Assembly (NCBI GenBank): GCA_965207365.1
Contig: OZ242281.1
Location: 2,173,331-2,237,330 of the forward strand
Direction of reading: 5' to 3'
Length of the DNA: 64,000 bases
Source of the DNA: Dehalococcoidia bacterium
GTDB lineage: Bacteria; Chloroflexota; Dehalococcoidia; Bin125
Every line of letters starts with the position of its first letter. Position 1 is the first letter of the stretch. This document shows, in pieces, positions 43,856 to 52,661 of this stretch. The translations under genes and the position numbers were made by a program. The notes beneath the pieces were generated by a model that ran no database searches, was not told the origin of the DNA, and saw nothing but the letters and a program-made list of their open reading frames with translations.

Positions 43856-46492
43856 ATGATGACCAGCACTGACTCACATCTCCTCGACGGCGTTCGCGTG
43901 ATTGAGATTGGAGACGAAGTCTCCGCCTATGCCTGCAAGCTACTGGCCGGGCTTGGCGCTGACGTGATCAAGGTTGAACCGCCGGAAGGCTGCTCGACAC
44001 GCAACATCGGACCCTTCTACGAGGATGAGCCGGGTCCGGAACGGTCGCTGTATTGGTGGCACTACAGCATCGGCAAGCGCTCGGTCACGCTCGACTTCGA
44101 GTCGGAGGACGGTCGTTCGTCGCTGCTGACTCTGTTCAAGACGGCCGACCTCTTCCTCGATGCACGATCCAAGAACGACATCGACGCCTACGGCCCTGAT
44201 GAAGACGTCATTCGTCAAGCGAACCCGGATATCGTGATTGCTCGCATGTCACCCTTCGGTGATTCTGGACCGTGGGCTGAGTATCGAGGCTCGGACCTCG
44301 TGCACCTGGCGCTCGGTGGGCCGATGATGAACTGCGGCTACGACCCGCAGCCGGATGGCACCTACGACACTCCGCCAATCGCGCCGCAGATGTGGCAGGC
44401 GTACCACATCGCCGGCGAGCTGACCTGCATGAATGCCATCGCGGCACTGATTGATCGTCACCGATCGGGTCGCGCCCAAACGTTGCACACCGCCGTCCAC
44501 GACGCGGTAGCCAAGAACACCGAGCTCGATCTGATGAGCTGGGTCTACCGACGCGCCCGCTACTTCCGCCAGACTTGCCGACACGCCGCCGAGGTCGTCA
44601 CGCCGCTGCCGATGATCGGTCCGACCAAGGACGGACGCTGGGTCATGGCGCTGCCTCGCGGACGCTCGCAATCGCTGATCGACTTCCTCGACGACTACGA
44701 CATGTCCGCCGACCTCAAGGAAACGCCGCCAGAGACGGGCGGAGCCAGCACCAGGTCGAGAGGCGAAACAGCGGCGCATTTGCAAGAGGTCTCGCAACGC
44801 CTAATCCGCAAGTTCCGTTTCGAGGACGTGCCCTGGCGAGATGCGCAGGACCTCGGACACCTCTGGGCGCCGCTGCGCAAGCCGCACGAGAACGCCCTCG
44901 ATCCTCACTGGTGGGAACGAGGCAGTTTCGCCAAGGTTGAACATCCTGAACACGTAGTCGACGGCAAGCCAGCGGAATTCATCTATACCTCAAGCAAGTG
45001 GGTGTCGTCCGAGACCTCATGGAAGGTCGGCCCGCGCGCCCCGTTACTCGGCGAGCACAACGACGAAATCCTGGCAGATCTGAAACCAGATTCCCAGGCC
45101 GCTAGTTCTTCGCTCCCCCCCTTGCGGGGGGAGCTGCCGAAGGCTGAGGGGGGGTCCCTCTCCCGATGGGGAACCCCATTCCCCCTCGACGGTATCCGCA
45201 TCCTCGACTTCACCTGGTGGCTCGCTTCAGGCGGAGCTCCCCGATTCCTTTCCGCACTGGGTGCCGAGGACATCAAGGTCGAGTGGCATCAGAACATGGA
45301 CCTGCGCGTCGGCATGGCGCAGTTCCCGCAGGGCGGTCAGGCAGCTCGACAGGCGCTCGGCGTCAACGAGGGTCCGTTGCCGCCCGACAATTCCACAATC
45401 AACCGCTCCGGCCAGTTCAACGACTTCCACGCTGGACACCGCGGACTCTCGCTCAACCTGCGCGACCCGCGCGGCCTCGAGATCGCCAAGCAGCTCGTCG
45501 CAGTCAGCGACATCGTCGCCGAGGGCTTCTCGCCCGGCGTGATGGAGCGTTGGGGTCTCGGTTATGAGGTAATGAAGGAGATCAAGCCCGATATCATCTA
45601 CCTCTCGCAGTCGGGCATGGGACAGGTCGGCGTCTACGGTCGCTACCGCACCGTTGGACCGATTGCCGCCTCGTTCGCCGGGATCTCCGAGCTGTCCGGC
45701 CTGCCTGAACCCTACGCGCCCGCCGGCTGGGGCTACAGCTATCTCGACTGGTTCGGCGCCTACAACCTGGCCAATGCGATGATGGCCGCGCTCTACTACC
45801 GCTACCGCACCGGCAAAGGCCAGTGGATCGATTCTTCGCAGGTCGACGCGGGTATCTACCTGAACGGCACCTCGGTGCTCGAGTGGTCGGCCAACGGCAA
45901 GGTCTGGCAGCGCTACGGCAACCGCTCGCCTTACAAGCCGGCCGCGCCTCATGGCGCGTACCAGTGCCGCCACGACATCGAATCCAACGACCGCTGGATC
46001 GCCTTCGCCTGCTTCGACGAGCCCAACTGGCAGTCGCTGCGCCGGGTCATGGGAGACCCGGAATGGGCCGCCTCAGACCGCTTCGCCAGTCTCGCCGACC
46101 GTCTCCAACATCAGGACGAACTGGACCAGAGAATCGGCGAGTGGACCCGGCAGCACGACCGCTGGGACCTGATGCAGCGCCTGCAGGAAGCCGGAGTCGC
46201 CGCCGGAGTCTGCCAGGACGCGCAAGACCGATTCGAGGCCGACCCACAGCTCAGCCACCTCAACTGGCTGACCGAGGTCGAGCACTCAGAAATGGGTCCC
46301 TGGCCAACCAAGGAAGTCCCCGTCAAGTGGAGCGAAACCCCACCATTCATGGGAGGCCCCATCGATCGAGGATCCCCGCTCTACGGAGAAGACAATCACT
46401 ACGTCTTAGGGGAGCTGCTGGGAATGAGCACGTCAGAGATTTCGCGCTTGGCGGATGACGGCGTGATCGCTGAGGATCTCACATCGGTGTGA
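43856..46492 (+). CDS. tandem fusion of two family-III (CaiB/BaiF) CoA-transferase modules
   Basis: Module 1 begins LDGVRVIEIGDEVSAYACKLLAGLGADVIKVEPPEG. Module 2 begins LDGIRILDFTWWLASGGAPRFLSALGAEDIKVEW. Each module is ~400 aa. Confidence 0.85.
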   Translation: MMTSTDSHLLDGVRVIEIGDEVSAYACKLLAGLGADVIKVEPPEGCSTRNIGPFYEDEPGPERSLYWWHYSIGKRSVTLDFESEDGRSSLLTLFKTADLFLDARSKNDIDAYGPDEDVIRQANPDIVIARMSPFGDSGPWAEYRGSDLVHLALGGPMMNCGYDPQPDGTYDTPPIAPQMWQAYHIAGELTCMNAIAALIDRHRSGRAQTLHTAVHDAVAKNTELDLMSWVYRRARYFRQTCRHAAEVVTPLPMIGPTKDGRWVMALPRGRSQSLIDFLDDYDMSADLKETPPETGGASTRSRGETAAHLQEVSQRLIRKFRFEDVPWRDAQDLGHLWAPLRKPHENALDPHWWERGSFAKVEHPEHVVDGKPAEFIYTSSKWVSSETSWKVGPRAPLLGEHNDEILADLKPDSQAASSSLPPLRGELPKAEGGSLSRWGTPFPLDGIRILDFTWWLASGGAPRFLSALGAEDIKVEWHQNMDLRVGMAQFPQGGQAARQALGVNEGPLPPDNSTINRSGQFNDFHAGHRGLSLNLRDPRGLEIAKQLVAVSDIVAEGFSPGVMERWGLGYEVMKEIKPDIIYLSQSGMGQVGVYGRYRTVGPIAASFAGISELSGLPEPYAPAGWGYSYLDWFGAYNLANAMMAALYYRYRTGKGQWIDSSQVDAGIYLNGTSVLEWSANGKVWQRYGNRSPYKPAAPHGAYQCRHDIESNDRWIAFACFDEPNWQSLRRVMGDPEWAASDRFASLADRLQHQDELDQRIGEWTRQHDRWDLMQRLQEAGVAAGVCQDAQDRFEADPQLSHLNWLTEVEHSEMGPWPTKEVPVKWSETPPFMGGPIDRGSPLYGEDNHYVLGELLGMSTSEISRLADDGVIAEDLTSV
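45111..45160. repeat. MITE-family fragment embedded in-frame in the CoA-transferase linker
   Basis: ctcccccccttgcggggggagctgccgaaggctgagggggggtcc matches MITE copy 1 (ctccccccttgcgggggagatgccgaaggcagaggggggggtcc). It encodes SLPPLRGELPKAEGGS. Confidence 0.7.
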
Positions 46493-46498
46493 GTGCTG

Positions 46499-47194
46499 CT
46501 ACAGCTGAAGCGCCAACTGTTCAGGCTCCCGCTCGGAGCTTGTCTCCGCTAGCTCCAAGTGCACTTGGATCGCCTCGAGGAGCGCGGCTTCTGAGTCAAC
46601 GATGGTCACTAGTTCCTGCGACACAAACTGATCGAGATGTTGGCGGCCGATTTCAGGTTTCGACCAACCGATCACGACTGGCATCTGCCGCTTGACCGCC
46701 TTCTTGATCGCGTCGAGCGTGCCGCCCTTTTCGCCGGGATCGACCGCGACCAGGACGCGGCCAAGCGCGCAGATCGTATCGTTGCGCTGCATCGCTCGCC
46801 ATACGGTCCATCGGGCATTCGACTCGAACTGTGAGACCACAGTGAGATGGTCGCGAATGTCGTCCCATGGTTCTATGGCTGCCTGTAGTTCGCGCCGCGG
46901 TCTGAACTTGTCCGGAAGTCCCTCCGCCAGTACCGCGATTGTGTGTCCACCAGCGGCGACGCATGCCACATGGCCAGCCATATCGACTCCCCTAGCGTAT
47001 CCGCTGACGAGGGGCAGATTCAATTCGGCCGCGAAAGAGCCTGCTGCTCTTGCGAACTCAATGCCCCGCTCTCCAGCGGCGCGAGAGCCACACAGGGCTA
47101 TACCGGGATCGTTTAGACGCTCTATCTGACCGAAGACTGCCAGATTGCCAAGTGAGCCCGCACGGATTGAAGTAGTGGAATCTGTTGTGGTCAT
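46499..47194 (-). CDS. shosA: DprA/Smf-fold (SLOG) protein, ShosA-like antitoxin candidate
   Basis: LVSGYARGVDMAGHVACVAAGGHTIAVLAEGL...MQRNDTICALGRVLVAVDPGEKGGTLDAIKKAV matches the DprA Rossmann core. No SAM or DML1 domains. Lies 11 nt downstream of the PRTase gene. Confidence 0.6.
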   Translation of the reverse strand: MTTTDSTTSIRAGSLGNLAVFGQIERLNDPGIALCGSRAAGERGIEFARAAGSFAAELNLPLVSGYARGVDMAGHVACVAAGGHTIAVLAEGLPDKFRPRRELQAAIEPWDDIRDHLTVVSQFESNARWTVWRAMQRNDTICALGRVLVAVDPGEKGGTLDAIKKAVKRQMPVVIGWSKPEIGRQHLDQFVSQELVTIVDSEAALLEAIQVHLELAETSSEREPEQLALQL

Positions 47195-47205
47195 TGGACG
47201 GCCTG

Positions 47206-48099
47206 TCAGCAGAAGAGTAAGTCGTTGCGGTCATTTTCGGTGGATTCAGGATGCCAATCAGGCCAGTTGTCCACACTTGCGGGAAGTCCATTGCAGTGTT
47301 TGGCGGTCTTGGTAAGCGAAAGACAATGGACGGCAGTGGCTCCTGCACGTCGAAGTGTTTTGACACCTGCCATCATCGTGTCTCCGCTGCGATAGAGGTC
47401 GTCAACAAGCAGTAAACGTTTTCCGAACACGTCTCTGTCCGCGTTCATCATTGCACTAAGAGCGTTGACATTGCGTACGTTTGATTCCGCCCTACCCTTT
47501 TGTGGCGTCTGATTGCGTGAGCGCAACCAAGCCCGCTTCTTCCCGAATCTCAAGCAGATCGCATCTGCAATCGCAGCAGGCAGGTCGAAATTCTTGGCTT
47601 GAGTCCCTGGTATTGCTGCAACTGCATCGACGGATTGGATCGGAATGTAGCTTGTCAGCCAATCCAGACACGCGCGCCGCAGCTGGTCAACTGCCTGAGG
47701 CTCGGAAGGGTTGCCAAGACCGTAGTCCTTGGCCTGCTGTACGAGATCGCCCAAAATCGAACGCTCTTCAATGTCTGCAAACCGTTGAAGCCCCAGGGCG
47801 TGCGACGAGTCGGCCTCGTCGTCGATAGTCACGCTCTTGCCCAGCAACTCCAGAAATGCCCGCGTCGGTGCGTAGACGTCACCGCGACGCGCGGAGACAA
47901 CCACCGAGTGCGTAGTCACGCTCTGCCTCACCTCAACATCTATCGGCAGTGCCCGTTGAATGAGGGACTGGAAGCGACTGAGCATGCGCTCCGGCTGAAT
48001 TTTGGCAGCCAGTTGCCACCCACCAGGCACCTGGGCATAATCAACGCCTTTCACACGACCACAGTCTGGCATTTCTCCATGCTCCTCAGCAGGGAACAA
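47206..48099 (-). CDS. shosT: ComF-like phosphoribosyltransferase, ShosT-like toxin candidate
   Basis: PRPP loop KRLLLVDDLYRSGDTMMAG, preceded by NVRNVNALSAMM (ComF-like). No ComFC Cys4 zinc finger. An alternative start is ATG 48072. Lower GC: 31/60 at 47461-47520. Confidence 0.6.
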   Translation of the reverse strand: MFPAEEHGEMPDCGRVKGVDYAQVPGGWQLAAKIQPERMLSRFQSLIQRALPIDVEVRQSVTTHSVVVSARRGDVYAPTRAFLELLGKSVTIDDEADSSHALGLQRFADIEERSILGDLVQQAKDYGLGNPSEPQAVDQLRRACLDWLTSYIPIQSVDAVAAIPGTQAKNFDLPAAIADAICLRFGKKRAWLRSRNQTPQKGRAESNVRNVNALSAMMNADRDVFGKRLLLVDDLYRSGDTMMAGVKTLRRAGATAVHCLSLTKTAKHCNGLPASVDNWPDWHPESTENDRNDLLFC

Positions 48100-48142
48100 T
48101 ATAGCATGGATGGTCTATGTAAACCTAATGGGCGCAAATCGG

Positions 48143-49303
48143 CTACAACGACCCATAGATCGCGTCGATCAGCGCGGCTGCCCTGATATCGTGGGCGACT
48201 TCGGTGCCCATTCGGTTCATTACGTAGCCGAAGCCGATTCCGGCGTCGAGATCGGCGTAACCCAACGAACCTCCGGCACCGGGGTGGCCGAAGACTCTTG
48301 GGTTGGGGCCCCACGGCGTTGAATCTGCTGTCAGGGCCCAGCCGAGACCGAAGCGTGTGTTGATTCCAATGCAGGTGTCGGGTCCGTTGGTCTGCTCGGT
48401 GATGCCCTGCTCAATGGTCTCGGGGTTGAGCACGTGAATCCCGTCGATTTCACCGCCGTTGGCCGCGCCTCCGTAGATCCTTGCCAGCGCGCTCGCGGTG
48501 GCGTGTCCGTTGGCGGCGGGGATCTCCGCGGCTCGCCAGGCCCGTTGCGAGGCCACTGCGGGGCCTCCTGGATTGAACACCGGCGGGTTGATCACAGCGA
48601 CGATACCGACACTGTCCGGGTCGCCGAAGAGATCGCTGGTCGGAGGGAAGTCGGCTGCGATCTGTGGTTCGATCACCGTTGATATGCGGGCGTCAAACTC
48701 TGGGCCCGTGCCGATGTGCGCATCCAGTCCGAGCGGCGCCGCAAACTCTTCTCGGAAGTAGGCGCCGATCGAGCGCCCGTCAACTCGTCTCACCACTTCT
48801 CCGACGAGCCAGCCGAAGGTCATGGCGTGGTAACCGTGTTTTTCGCCCGGTGTCCACCACGGTTTCTGTGCAGCCAGGGCTTCGGTCATGGTCTCCCAGT
48901 CGTACATGTCTTCTTGCACGAGGGGCTTTGAGATCGCGGCCAAGCCCGCCTTGTGACAGAGCAGCCAGCGAACCGGGATCGATTCCTTACCGGCGGCGGC
49001 AAACTCCGGCCAGTATTCGGCGACCGGAACGTCGAGGTCGAGCTTGCCCTCCTCGACCAATCGATGCGCGCAGAAGGCGACCAGCCCCTTGGTTGACGAA
49101 TACACGTTGACCAGGGTGTTGCGGTCCCACTCGCGCTCCCGATCAGGCGCGTACCAACCGCCCCAGAGGTCGACGACCGGCTCGCCGTTGAGATAGACGG
49201 CGATGGCCGCGCCTACTTCGTCGCGCTCGGCGAAGTTGTTTTCGAAGGCCTCTCGAACGGCTTCGAATCGTGGGTCGTTCCAGCCGTGGATTGGGACTGC
49301 CAT
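48143..49303 (-). CDS. beta-lactamase-family serine hydrolase (paralog A)
   Basis: YSSTKGLVAFCAHRL (SxxK). AGGAGA RBS. Confidence 0.82.
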   Translation of the reverse strand: MAVPIHGWNDPRFEAVREAFENNFAERDEVGAAIAVYLNGEPVVDLWGGWYAPDREREWDRNTLVNVYSSTKGLVAFCAHRLVEEGKLDLDVPVAEYWPEFAAAGKESIPVRWLLCHKAGLAAISKPLVQEDMYDWETMTEALAAQKPWWTPGEKHGYHAMTFGWLVGEVVRRVDGRSIGAYFREEFAAPLGLDAHIGTGPEFDARISTVIEPQIAADFPPTSDLFGDPDSVGIVAVINPPVFNPGGPAVASQRAWRAAEIPAANGHATASALARIYGGAANGGEIDGIHVLNPETIEQGITEQTNGPDTCIGINTRFGLGWALTADSTPWGPNPRVFGHPGAGGSLGYADLDAGIGFGYVMNRMGTEVAHDIRAAALIDAIYGSL

Positions 49304-49342
49304 CAGAGTTCTCCTGATTGTGTCTCAGTCCCCGCTCTACGG

Positions 49343-49515
49343 AGACCTTCGAAAAACTTCCGAATCCCCTCTCCCCCCCCTTGCGGGGGGAGATGTCACG
49401 GAGTGACAGAGGGGGGGCGGCGGATGATGACCTGATAGGGCTCCCGAACAGCGGGCCCCCCCTCCGCCTTCGGCATCTCCCCCGCAAGGGAGGAGAAGGG
49501 GAGTTTTCAAAGGTC
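49343..49515. mobile_element. MITE-like palindromic element, copy 3 (inverted relative to copies 1 and 2)
   Basis: Reverse complement of the copy 1/2 sequence, bracketed by gtccccgct / agcggggac arms. Sits between two paralogous hydrolase genes. Confidence 0.7.
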
Positions 49516-49578
49516 TCCGCAAAGCGGGGACTGGAAAGCTCGATGTTTGAGCCACCCTCTCAAGTGCGCGTCTAGCTG

Positions 49579-50742
49579 CTACAGCGAGGCGTAGATCGCA
49601 TCGATCAGGCCGTTGACACGCGGGTCGCCGCTGAGATTTTGCTGCATCTGGTTCATCGTGTAGCCGAAGCCGATGCCGGCGTCGAGGTCGGCATAGCCGA
49701 GGGAGCCTCCGGCGCCGGGATGACCAAAGGCGCGAGGATTGGGTCCGAGCGGCATGAACTCGGAGGTCAGCATCCAGCCGAGGCCGAAGCGGGTCTCGAT
49801 CTGCAGACACGTGTCCGGGCCGAAGGACTGTTCGACCAGCGCGTTGTCTAGGGTCTCAGGATTGATCACATGGATGCCGTCGATGCTGCCGCCATTGGCC
49901 GCGCCTCCGTAGACGCGGGCCAGGGCTCGCGCAGTGGCGTGTCCGTTGGCTGCGGGGATTTCCGCGCCTCGCCAACCTCGGCTGGCGGTGATGTTCTGGT
50001 CGTCGGGGCCGCCGAGCGGGGGATTTGAGAACGCAGCCGCGCCGACGCTGTCGGGACCGCCGAACACATCGATGATGTTGGGAGCATCTGGATCGATAGG
50101 TGCGTCCATCAGCGTTGAGATTCGGCCATCGAATTCAGGTCCCGTGCCAATGTGCGCGTCGAGACCCAGCGGTCCTGCGAACTCTTCCCGCCAGTAGTTG
50201 CCGACTGAGCGTCCATCAATCCTGCGTACGACTTCGCCTACCAGCCAGCCGTAAGTCAGTGCGTGGTAGCCATGTTGCTCACCGGGCGTCCACCAGGGCT
50301 CCTGTTCGGCCAGTGCCTCGCACATGGTGTCCCAGTTGTACAGGTCTTCCATGACCAGCGGTCGGCGCACGGCGGCCATGCCGGCGCGGTGCGACATCAG
50401 CCAGCGGACGGGGATGTCACCCTTGCCGGCCTGGGCGAACTCGGGCCAGTACTCCGCCACCGGAGCGTCGAAGTCGAGCAGGCCCTGCTCAGCCAATCGG
50501 TGCGCGCAGAACGCGGCCAGACCCTTGGTCGTCGAGAAGACGTTGACCAGCGTGTTGCGATCCCACTCGCGCTCGTGGTCGGTGTCGTACCAGCCGCCCC
50601 AGAGGTCGACGACTGGCTCGCCATTCTGGTAGACCGCGACCGATGCTCCGACCTCGCCATGCTCGGCAAAGTTGGTAGCAAAGGCCTCGCGGACTGCGTC
50701 AAATTGTGGTTCGTTCCATCCACCAATCGGAGCGTCGGTCAT
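49579..50742 (-). CDS. beta-lactamase-family serine hydrolase (paralog B)
   Basis: FSTTKGLAAFCAHRL, collinear with paralog A. ATG 50742 is preceded by AAGGAA. Confidence 0.82.
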   Translation of the reverse strand: MTDAPIGGWNEPQFDAVREAFATNFAEHGEVGASVAVYQNGEPVVDLWGGWYDTDHEREWDRNTLVNVFSTTKGLAAFCAHRLAEQGLLDFDAPVAEYWPEFAQAGKGDIPVRWLMSHRAGMAAVRRPLVMEDLYNWDTMCEALAEQEPWWTPGEQHGYHALTYGWLVGEVVRRIDGRSVGNYWREEFAGPLGLDAHIGTGPEFDGRISTLMDAPIDPDAPNIIDVFGGPDSVGAAAFSNPPLGGPDDQNITASRGWRGAEIPAANGHATARALARVYGGAANGGSIDGIHVINPETLDNALVEQSFGPDTCLQIETRFGLGWMLTSEFMPLGPNPRAFGHPGAGGSLGYADLDAGIGFGYTMNQMQQNLSGDPRVNGLIDAIYASL

Positions 50743-50850
50743 GGTTGAATTCCTTGTGCTGATTGAGTGTTCGCCTGTCCGCAAGCAACGCTAACAGGTC
50801 AACCAACGAGTAGCCTGTCGGCGTCACAATGACCTTGAAAGGACTTCTGA

Positions 50851-51801
50851 ATGCCGAGTATCCCGACTGAAGCTGAAGTGATGGCAATGATGGACTCGCT
50901 CTCCAACTGGGGACGCTGGGGCGACGATGACCAGTTGGGCACGCTCAATCTGGTCACTCCCGAGGTGCGCAAGGCTGCAGCAGGGCTGGTCTCGGAAGGC
51001 GTTTCGGTCTCCTGCGCCTGGGACATTGAAAACACGCATCAACCGGACCATGCAATGGGTACTCCTCAACGGTTCATGGTCGCGACCGGCGAGTCGGCGG
51101 CGGCGATAGCCGAGGCTGGCGTCTCGCGCATGGGCGGTGCGATGGAGTTCTTCGGGCTGGTCTATCACGGATACGCAATCACGCACCTCGACGGCCTTTG
51201 CCACATCTTCTGGGACGGCAAGATGTACAACGGCCAGCCCGCGCGTTTGGTGAATGCAACCGGCGGAGCAACGAACCTGCCGATCACCGAGCTATGCGAT
51301 GGTATCGTCACGCGCGGCGTGCTGTTGGATGTCGCCGCAGCCAAGGGCGTCGACTGGATGGAGCCGGGCGAGGGTGTCTTCCCTGAGGATCTGGAAGCGG
51401 CTGAAGAGCGCCAGGGCGTTCGCGTCCGTGAGGGCGACGCCGTCCTGTTGCGCACCGGCTACGGCAAGCGCAAGCGCCAGGTCGGTCGCGAGGCGCTGCT
51501 GGAAACCGGCTTCCCCGGCTACCACGTGGCCTGCCTGCCCTGGCTCCACGAGCGTGGTGCAGCCGTGATCGGCGCCGACACCGCTACCGATGTCAACCCA
51601 TCGGGCTACGAAACGCTGGGCATTCCAATCCACGCGGTCGGGATCGTGCACATGGGGCTCTGGCTGATGGACAACATGCAGCTCGAGGATGTCGCTGAAG
51701 CGGCCAACCGCTACGGCCGCCACGAGTTCCAGTTCGTGCTGAGTCCGCTCAGGATCATCGGTGGCACTGGCAGTCCGGCGAATCCTCTGGCAATCTTCTG
51801 A
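50851..51801 (+). CDS. putative cyclase / arylformamidase-family hydrolase
   Basis: NWGRWGDDDQLGTLNLVTPE and HGYAITHLDGLCH (HxxxH-D-x-x-H-like metal motif). Confidence 0.7.
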   Translation: MPSIPTEAEVMAMMDSLSNWGRWGDDDQLGTLNLVTPEVRKAAAGLVSEGVSVSCAWDIENTHQPDHAMGTPQRFMVATGESAAAIAEAGVSRMGGAMEFFGLVYHGYAITHLDGLCHIFWDGKMYNGQPARLVNATGGATNLPITELCDGIVTRGVLLDVAAAKGVDWMEPGEGVFPEDLEAAEERQGVRVREGDAVLLRTGYGKRKRQVGREALLETGFPGYHVACLPWLHERGAAVIGADTATDVNPSGYETLGIPIHAVGIVHMGLWLMDNMQLEDVAEAANRYGRHEFQFVLSPLRIIGGTGSPANPLAIF

Positions 51802-51871
51802 CGCGTCACCGTCGCCGCAGCCAAGATCTCGATACGCTTGCGGATAGAACGACCACCCACGGAGAGCGGAA

Positions 51872-52210
51872 ATGAGCACGGAACGTCGAACAGTCACTGT
51901 AGAGCTCGAGGCCGAGATCGAGGGTCGAGCACAGATCGCTGCGGCGCGTCGCGGTATGAGCTTGAGTCGCTACTGTGAAGCAGCAATCGCGGGGGAGGTC
52001 GACCGCGATGAAACTGAGACGCTAAGGCCTCATTTCACCGGCGCCAAGATCATTGTCCGCACGAAGAAGCGCGGCAACCGGGAGGCGATTGAACGCTTGC
52101 GAGAGTCTCGCAACAAAATCTTCAAGGGCAGACCACTGCAAAGCGATTCCGTGGATATCGTCCGAGAGATGCGGGAGGAGCGTGACGCCCAGTTAGACGA
52201 GTGGAGATGA
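51872..52210 (+). CDS. vapB: RHH (CopG-like) antitoxin, VapB-type
   Basis: TVTVELEAEIEGRAQIAAARRGMSLSRYCEAAI. Its stop overlaps the PIN gene start (ATGA). Confidence 0.6.
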   Translation: MSTERRTVTVELEAEIEGRAQIAAARRGMSLSRYCEAAIAGEVDRDETETLRPHFTGAKIIVRTKKRGNREAIERLRESRNKIFKGRPLQSDSVDIVREMREERDAQLDEWR

Positions 52211-52647
52211 CAGAGCCAGTCGTCGTCGATTCGAATCTCGTGGTTAAGTGGTTAGTTCTTGAGGGAGACTCGCACTTGGCGGACGAGCTGCAGACGCATT
52301 GGGACAATCAAGGGATAGAGCTGCTGGCTCCGTCTCTGTTGTTTTTCGAGCTGACGAACGTCCTCCATAAGTATGTTCGACGAGGGGCGCTGTCCGATCT
52401 CTCCGCTATCGAGTTGCTCGATCGAATGAGAGCATTTGATATCACGCTGGTTCAAGACCTCTCGCTCCATCGCAGAGCACTGCAGCTCGCAAGCGAGCTC
52501 GGGCAGGGTGCCGTGTACGACTCCCACTACCTCGCCTTAGCCGAAAATGTCGACTGTGAGTTCTGGACCGCCGACGGTCGATTTTACCGAGCAGCATTAC
52601 CCCGTTTCGACCGTGTTCGTTGGCTGGGTGAGGTCGCCCTCAGATAG
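52207..52647 (+). CDS. vapC: PIN-domain toxin VapC
   Basis: VVVDSNLVVKWLV (first acidic residue), followed by YDSHYLALAE and FWTADGRF. Confidence 0.75.
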   Translation: MTEPVVVDSNLVVKWLVLEGDSHLADELQTHWDNQGIELLAPSLLFFELTNVLHKYVRRGALSDLSAIELLDRMRAFDITLVQDLSLHRRALQLASELGQGAVYDSHYLALAENVDCEFWTADGRFYRAALPRFDRVRWLGEVALR

Positions 52648-52661
52648 AGAAGGCCGACCCC

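Noticed and set aside
46499-48099. Interpretation as natural-competence genes comFC and dprA
   Set aside because: The PRTase lacks the ComFC Cys4 zinc finger. The DprA-like protein lacks the SAM and DML1/wHTH domains. The genes form a tight low-GC two-gene cassette without comFA. A ShosTA-type module fits better, pending an HMM check.
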